Part shown: piece by piece, positions 58,524 to 64,000 of the stretch
How positions within the stretch are numbered: the first letter of the stretch is position 1
Layout: every line of letters starts with the position of its first letter
Source of the DNA: a virus
Length of the DNA stretch: 64,000 nucleotides
Virus record (IMG/VR): IMGVR_UViG_3300042882_001046
Location: 1 to 64,000 of that record
Reading direction: 5' to 3' (one strand)
The notes under the pieces: generated by a model
The model's input: only the letters and a program-made list of their open reading frames with translations
What the model was told of the DNA's origin: nothing
Database searches by the model: none
Position numbers and translations under genes: made by a program

Positions 58524-59369
58524 TTAGAATAACAAATCTCTATTGTTATAACTGTATTGTTTTGCTTCTTTAAAGTGTAGGGTGTGTCCCAAATCCTGAA
58601 TCATTTTTCTACCCATTTCAATCCCATTGAACACGTCATCAATAACGACATATTCATTTGGAGTGTGATAATCATAATACCCAATCGAGAAGTTAATACA
58701 AGAGAAGTCAAATTTACCTCTTAAGGCATAAACGTCAGTATATGGGTGAACCATGTATCTCATATCTTCATTAACCATTCCTTCGGTTAGGACTTTATCA
58801 ATTTTTTGGAAGAAGTCTGAATCTCTATCAAACAAAACTTGACCAAAACATTTTTCAGTAATCATCCAGTTTTCAGGGGCATCAAATTGGATTCCGTATC
58901 CAACATTTTCAAAAAACTTTGGGTCGGCAACTCTTGAGCCATGACATCCTGTTTCTTCAGATACAAAAAATGCTGCTTTTAGATATGGTAATTCTTTTAA
59001 TAATGTTAAACAAGCAAATACACCACATTTGTCATCACCACCAATACCAGTTGGTTTCCCCTCATTGTTATAGGCTTTGAGGGATGGTTTTAACACGTCT
59101 TGTGCGTTTGGTAACATCATTTCTTTGATGTTAATTGTATCAATATTGTGAACGGTGTCTGTGTGAGAAATTACACACGGGAAATAAAAATCTTCAGGTA
59201 GTTCTGAATTTTCTTGTTTTGTTGCATAGACATTCATTTTGTCATCAACATAATGGTCTATATTGTTTTCAGTCAACCAATTAACCAAGAATTCCACCAT
59301 TTGGTGTTCTTGATAGGTTTTTGTGGGTACACTTAAAACTTCTTTTAGAAGTGCTATTTTTTCTGTCAT
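58524..59369 (-). CDS. M28/M20-family metallopeptidase
   Basis: SHTDTV, GGDDKCG, SEETGCHGS and QFD. Confidence 0.85.
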   Translation of the reverse strand: MTEKIALLKEVLSVPTKTYQEHQMVEFLVNWLTENNIDHYVDDKMNVYATKQENSELPEDFYFPCVISHTDTVHNIDTINIKEMMLPNAQDVLKPSLKAYNNEGKPTGIGGDDKCGVFACLTLLKELPYLKAAFFVSEETGCHGSRVADPKFFENVGYGIQFDAPENWMITEKCFGQVLFDRDSDFFQKIDKVLTEGMVNEDMRYMVHPYTDVYALRGKFDFSCINFSIGYYDYHTPNEYVVIDDVFNGIEMGRKMIQDLGHTLHFKEAKQYSYNNRDLLF

Positions 59370-59373
59370 AGCA

Positions 59374-59405
59374 CAAAGATAAGAATAATTTATATTTCAT
59401 CCAAA
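59374..59405 (-). promoter_or_regulatory. Bacteroidetes sigma-A-type promoter
   Basis: Minus-strand TTTG (59402-59405), 20-nt spacer, TATCTTTG (59374-59381), then 4 nt to ATG 59369. Confidence 0.75.
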
Positions 59406-60436
59406 TTAAATAATGTTGGTTGATATAATAAATTATAAAAATTATCCTCAGACAATTTAACTTTTTTCTGTTGGAATCCTTTTTGTAGTATTACCACTAC
59501 TTTCATACCAGGGTATTCAAATCCTTCGATTTTGAATCTGGTTTCTTTTTTTGGGTCTTTAGGTAGATTATAAAATTTGTCTTGTTCAAATTTTTTAGTA
59601 ATTCTATCAGTCATTTCAGTGAAGTCGTGAACAGTAACTCCGTCTTCTCCTGGACCGTCTTCCAATTTTTCTAAAATATCATCTAATTTTCTCGAAGTAT
59701 AATTATTGAAACTTTCTGTGTCAAAATTATCGTCGTTCATATATTGATACGTGTCATCGGCCCAACCTCCTGGAGATGTTACGTTTCGTATTATATCATC
59801 AATCAAATCTTCAAGAGATAAGTGTATTTTATTTTCTTTTAAATACAACATTATCAGGTTAGCAACCGTGGTTCTGAATCCGTCACCATAAGATTCAAAC
59901 CCAAGTTGGTCCAAGAATTCATCAAATTCTTTATTAACCGAGTCTCTAGCACTTGTCCGAGCCTCACTGTTTCTTTCTGATTGATAATCTGAAATTATAT
60001 CTTCCGTTTCACGTCTAAAGTTAGTTAATAGTTTTTCTGAAAGTTGGTTTCTAAATTGTTCACTGTCAAAATCTACTTTAATTGGTAGAATTATCTTTGA
60101 AATTTGTGCGAGTTTTTCTTTATTATCATCATTCAAATTATAATATAGTCCCCAACCATTCTCAAAATCTTCTTTAGCCGAATGCCAATCCATAAATTCG
60201 TAATCACTATATGGAGAATTGATTACACGATAGAACCAACTGTCATCATCACTAAGACCCATCGCCTCTAAAAACTTTTCCTCGTTTTTAAACTCAACGT
60301 TAATCTTACTTTGACCTCTGTTCTGTCTATCTTCCCTTACTTCAGTGAATAACTCGTCCGCGTTTTCAAGTTCGTAAGCATTTATCTTACCTCTAACGTA
60401 GTTCCTTAAAGCAATGAATGTGTCTAATACCGCCAT
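59390..60436 (-). CDS. Hypothetical protein
   Basis: 348 aa; TATTTAT at 60443-60449. Confidence 0.75.
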   Translation of the reverse strand: MAVLDTFIALRNYVRGKINAYELENADELFTEVREDRQNRGQSKINVEFKNEEKFLEAMGLSDDDSWFYRVINSPYSDYEFMDWHSAKEDFENGWGLYYNLNDDNKEKLAQISKIILPIKVDFDSEQFRNQLSEKLLTNFRRETEDIISDYQSERNSEARTSARDSVNKEFDEFLDQLGFESYGDGFRTTVANLIMLYLKENKIHLSLEDLIDDIIRNVTSPGGWADDTYQYMNDDNFDTESFNNYTSRKLDDILEKLEDGPGEDGVTVHDFTEMTDRITKKFEQDKFYNLPKDPKKETRFKIEGFEYPGMKVVVILQKGFQQKKVKLSEDNFYNLLYQPTLFNLDEI

Positions 60437-60459
60437 ATGAATATAAATACAACTTCCAC

Positions 60460-60490
60460 TTGGATTTAAACATATTTATACTTACCTTTG
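60460..60490 (+). promoter_or_regulatory. ssrA promoter region (TTG..TACCTTTG, with overlapping TATTTAT)
   Basis: TACCTTTG 60483-60490 lies 20 nt after TTG; TATTTAT at 60473-60479. Confidence 0.65.
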
Positions 60491-60509
60491 TAATGTTCTT
60501 TGAAAATAT

Positions 60510-60932
60510 GGGGATGAAATGGTATCGATTGGCATTGTTGGGGATAAGTGGCACGTAGTCAGAATTCATCTATGACTTTAATCTATGGTGAAGACAATTA
60601 GCTGGCAATACTTTTGCTAAGATGGCGACTTTAGGTTTAACTAGAGAAGCTTCTGTTGTAGCTGCCTAAGAGGTAGTCACAACCGTTACTCCAACCAAGT
60701 TGGTGTAACCTCGGGTCGATTAGGACGTTAACCTAGGAACAGAAGTCCAATATACGGGTCACAGGTCAGAGCTCGTTTAAAATAATTCTGAGACCAGGTT
60801 GTTTGTAAGTTTGGTTCCCACATACATCAAACTTAATATTTCGGAACGTTGAGAAACAACGTTGTACTAAACGTGTAGTCATTTATTGTCAAAGTGAGCA
60901 AGACGCGGGTTCGACTCCCGCCATCTCCACCA
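60510..60932 (+). ncRNA. ssrA: tmRNA; predicted tag (A)GNTFAKMATLGLTREASVVAA at 60604-60669
   Basis: Acceptor stem GGGGATG/CATCTCC with G3-U wobble, A discriminator and CCA; T-arm GCGGGTTCGACTCCCGC; internal ORF ending GCT GCC TAA. Confidence 0.93.
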
Positions 60933-60943
60933 ATTTAAATTTT

Positions 60944-61336
60944 ATGGGAGTAGATTGTAATATATGTAGCAACAAGTGTTTCGGGGTACCAGGGTACCAC
61001 GGAAGTTGTTGCACCATAGAGGACCGTGATTATATCATAGGTTCTCATCACGACACCCAAGAATTTATTGACTCTCTATCTAATAAATTTGGTAGAGAAG
61101 TTTCCTATAATGAAGTGTTTGTTGATTACGAAGAGGGAAAAACTTTATTCCCAAACAAATCAACTTGGCAAAATCCAAATAGCTATCCCGCACTTCGAGT
61201 TGATTTTTACAACCCAAGATTCCCATGTATTTTTTATAACACAAAAATTAAGGCGTGTTCTGTATACGACATACGTCCTAAAACCTGTAGAGAATACGAG
61301 TGTGATTATTTAAAGGAGCACACAACCAACATTTAA
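60944..61336 (+). CDS. YkgJ-family cysteine-cluster (CxxCxxCC-type) protein
   Basis: CNICSNKC..SCC..PCIFY..CSVYDIRPKTCREYEC. Confidence 0.85.
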   Translation: MGVDCNICSNKCFGVPGYHGSCCTIEDRDYIIGSHHDTQEFIDSLSNKFGREVSYNEVFVDYEEGKTLFPNKSTWQNPNSYPALRVDFYNPRFPCIFYNTKIKACSVYDIRPKTCREYECDYLKEHTTNI

Positions 61337-61362
61337 TAATTTCATAATACATTATTAATACA
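61334..61362 (+). promoter_or_regulatory. Three TAATA(CA) direct repeats with 11-nt period
   Basis: TAATA at 61334, 61345 and 61356, upstream of the TonB-dependent receptor. Confidence 0.4.
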
Positions 61363-61411
61363 CTTACAGACATACTTTCATAGTTATTGGGGAACTAATT
61401 TAAATAATTTT

Positions 61412-63889
61412 ATGAAGTATTTTCTTTTATTTTTATTGCTACTTCCAACATTAGCAATTGGACAAATAACCGTAAACGGTTTAACAAAATCAAAATCCGA
61501 AAACATATATTTTTCACATATAAGTTTTAAACACTCAGACGGTGCCACATATTCAACAATTTCAAATGAAAACGCGGAATATAAATTAAACCTTAAATCT
61601 GGTTTATATACAATAAAAGCGTCATACATTGGATATAAAGAATTCACAAAAGAATTAAATGTAACGTCCGACTTAACCTTTGATATAATATTTGAAGAAA
61701 CTGAAACTCAGTTGTCAGAAGTTGTTGTAAGGGCGGCTCCACAAAAAGTAACCGAAGCATCAATTGTTAGGTCAATACGAAATAATAATGTCGTATCCGA
61801 TGGACTATCAATTGAATTTATTAAGAAAACTCCTGACAGAAACGTTGGTGACGCACTTAAAAGAGTTGGTGGGGTAACCATCCAAAACGATAAATTTGTA
61901 TTGGTAAGAGGTTTGGCAGACCGTTATAATTCTGCATTATTAAATAAAACCCCACTACCGTCAACTGAACCAGATAAAAGAGCGTTTTCTTTTGACATAA
62001 TCCCAACTTCTTTAATTGACAACATTATTGTTGCTAAATCATCGTCAGCAAATTTGCCTGGTGATTGGAGTGGGGGATTAGTTCAAATAACAACAAAAGA
62101 AGTTTCTGATAAATTTTTTAATCTGTCATTGGGAAGTGGTTGGGGTTCGGTTTCAACCTTTAGAGATTTTAAGTTAGTTCAAGCTACCGATTTCCCTTCC
62201 ACATTCCCTTCAACTTATAGATACCGTATATCATCAAACGGAGATAAAAGGGCGTATACTAAATTAATTGGTAATCCATCAGTTGAACAGACTAAATCAA
62301 CCCCTAATTTAAATGGAGGATTATCATTTGGTCACGCAAATGGAAAATGGAATTCATTATTTAGTTCTACAATTAGAAATTCATATACACTAAACAATAT
62401 TGAAAGAAAAGATTATCAATCATCAACAGAGTTAGCTTATGACTATAAAGATGTTTTATTTACAAAAAGATTTTCAACAAACAGTTTGTTTAATTTAACT
62501 TACTTGGGTGAAAATAGATACAGTTGGAAAACTTTAGTAAACTACCAAATTGAAGATTCATATCTAAACCGTAATGGCGATAATTTTGATAACGTTCAGA
62601 ATGTTTTAACAACGTCTTCGAATCATGTTAACAACGTTGTAATTAGTTCTCAATTTGACGGTAAAATTAAAACATTAAATTTTAATTTAGGATACAATTA
62701 TACGTTTAGAGAACAACCAGATTATAGGATTAATCCAATCACAAAATCATTAGGTGTTAACGAACCTTACGCAACTGCGTGGAGAGACACATATCGTTTT
62801 TGGAGTGTAATGGATGAAAACTCATTTAACGGTAACATAAATAAAGAACTCAATAATATTAAAATTGGTGGTGGGTACATTAAAAGGTTTAGAGGTTTTA
62901 ACGCTAGAATATTTCGTTATCTATCAACAGACATGATGGATGAAATAACAAACAACACCGACAGATATACTGCCGATTTTGATTTGGGGTCTCTTTACTC
63001 GATGTATGAAAACGAATTTGGTAAATGGAAAATAAATGGTGGAATAAGAGGTGAATATAATTTATTTAATGTTCAAACCGCAGATTTTAGTGGTACGGAA
63101 GTGAATGTTAACAGAAAATATTTAGACCTTTTACCTTCGTTAAATCTCTCATACAACGAAGAAAAAACAAAGTATAGATTCTCAGTAAGTAAAACATTGG
63201 CAAGACCTGAATTCAGAGAAGTTGCTAATTTTGCTTATTATGATTTTGTAAGAAATGCTCAAATATTGGGAAATTCAAAGTTAGAAAAATCTGACATATA
63301 TAATTTAGACCTTAAATACGAATGGTACCCAAAGACAGGTGAAAACATTTCGGTTTCTTTATTTGGTAAAAATTTCATTAAACCAATTGAACAAATTGTT
63401 GCAGACGGCTCAGTTCCTTCAAATCTTCTTTTAACTTACACAAACCCTAATTCAGCAATCTTATACGGTATTGAATTTGAAGTTCGTAAAAAGATAAGTG
63501 ATTGGTTTGATGTTTATACAAATGCTTCGGTAATGAATTCAGAAGTAGAAGTTAATGGTATCAAAAGACAATTACAGGGTCAATCAAACTATGTTTTAAA
63601 CGGAGGAGTAAACATACATAAAAAGAAAAACACCCTTAATTTAACTTATAATAGAGTTGGTGATAGAATATCATCTGTAGGGTTTCAGGGGTATCCTGAT
63701 ATATTCGAAAATAGTAGAGATGTATTAGACATTACATTCTTACATAAACTTTCAAAAGGAGAAATAAAATTGGCAATAGGTGATGTATTTGCTCAACCAT
63801 CAATTTATTACCAAAAGGTACAAAACCGAAATCTAATAAAAATAAACAATGAGCAAACAATTTCATTAACATTAAATCTAACATTATGA
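61412..63889 (+). CDS. TonB-dependent outer-membrane receptor (Bacteroidetes-type)
   Basis: Signal peptide followed by Q, CarboxypepD-like domain (KASYIGYK), plug (DALKRVGGV..VRGLADRYN..FDIIP) and barrel motifs (RPEFRE, NSKLEKSDIYNLDLKYEWY). Confidence 0.9.
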   Translation: MKYFLLFLLLLPTLAIGQITVNGLTKSKSENIYFSHISFKHSDGATYSTISNENAEYKLNLKSGLYTIKASYIGYKEFTKELNVTSDLTFDIIFEETETQLSEVVVRAAPQKVTEASIVRSIRNNNVVSDGLSIEFIKKTPDRNVGDALKRVGGVTIQNDKFVLVRGLADRYNSALLNKTPLPSTEPDKRAFSFDIIPTSLIDNIIVAKSSSANLPGDWSGGLVQITTKEVSDKFFNLSLGSGWGSVSTFRDFKLVQATDFPSTFPSTYRYRISSNGDKRAYTKLIGNPSVEQTKSTPNLNGGLSFGHANGKWNSLFSSTIRNSYTLNNIERKDYQSSTELAYDYKDVLFTKRFSTNSLFNLTYLGENRYSWKTLVNYQIEDSYLNRNGDNFDNVQNVLTTSSNHVNNVVISSQFDGKIKTLNFNLGYNYTFREQPDYRINPITKSLGVNEPYATAWRDTYRFWSVMDENSFNGNINKELNNIKIGGGYIKRFRGFNARIFRYLSTDMMDEITNNTDRYTADFDLGSLYSMYENEFGKWKINGGIRGEYNLFNVQTADFSGTEVNVNRKYLDLLPSLNLSYNEEKTKYRFSVSKTLARPEFREVANFAYYDFVRNAQILGNSKLEKSDIYNLDLKYEWYPKTGENISVSLFGKNFIKPIEQIVADGSVPSNLLLTYTNPNSAILYGIEFEVRKKISDWFDVYTNASVMNSEVEVNGIKRQLQGQSNYVLNGGVNIHKKKNTLNLTYNRVGDRISSVGFQGYPDIFENSRDVLDITFLHKLSKGEIKLAIGDVFAQPSIYYQKVQNRNLIKINNEQTISLTLNLTL

Positions 63890-64000
63890 AAAAATTATTA
63901 ATTGCTATTTTAGCATTAGGATTATTGAGTTGCGAAAAAGATTTAGGTGGTGGAGAAGATGGACCAATTAACATTCCAACTTCAACAACACTTTCAGGTA
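63886..64000 (+). CDS. Lipoprotein, 3'-partial
   Basis: MKKLLIAILALGLLS-CEKD lipobox; ATGA-coupled to the receptor; absent from the track because it is truncated. Confidence 0.8.
   Translation, partial: MKKLLIAILALGLLSCEKDLGGGEDGPINIPTSTTLSG

Noticed and set aside
60910-64000. Prophage boundary at the ssrA 3' end with host genes beyond
   Set aside because: No duplicated tmRNA 3' end or integrase in the window, and composition looks unchanged by eye. Not fully excluded without flanking sequence.
1-64000. Stop-codon reassignment, introns or inteins, tRNA genes
   Set aside because: Core genes (terL, portal, MCP, clpC) are intact in the standard code at expected lengths; the only GGTTCGA T-arm I found belongs to the tmRNA.

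Overview
AT-rich 64-kb segment of a large T4-like (myovirus-type) phage, most likely infecting Bacteroidota. Host evidence: Bacteroidetes-type bS21, DUF4494, NadE, ClpC, TonB-dependent receptor plus lipoprotein, TAnnTTTG promoters, and signal peptides followed by Gln. Layout: (i) <1-3037, partial Cys-rich/LamG-like virion protein with mucin-like Thr/Pro repeats; (ii) 3090-5775, small late-type genes including a stand-alone WYL protein; (iii) 5830-28067, a tightly coupled 22-kb run of about 20 glycosyltransferase, nucleotide-sugar and methyltransferase genes plus exonuclease, dut, nadE and phoH, ending in a gp55-like late sigma factor; (iv) 28087-38113, baseplate/virion genes; (v) 38184-48149 on the minus strand, head module (MCP, scaffold, protease, portal, terminase) with an antisense rpsU inside it; (vi) 48158-55277, hypotheticals, a second Thr/Pro protein, nucleotidyltransferase, KTSC, hydroxylase, sulfotransferase; (vii) 55307-61336, a proteostasis island: tandem-UVR protein, N-domain-less ClpC, two peptidases, and a tmRNA with a 21-residue tag; (viii) 61412->64000, TonB-dependent receptor and lipoprotein. 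The most interesting candidates are the tmRNA/ClpC/UVR proteolysis island, a TATTTAT upstream motif and host-type promoters both set about 4 nt from ATG (suggesting leaderless mRNAs, next to a phage bS21), and a glycosylation cluster with possible mucin-like virion substrates. All family assignments come from motif recognition by eye; no searches were run.
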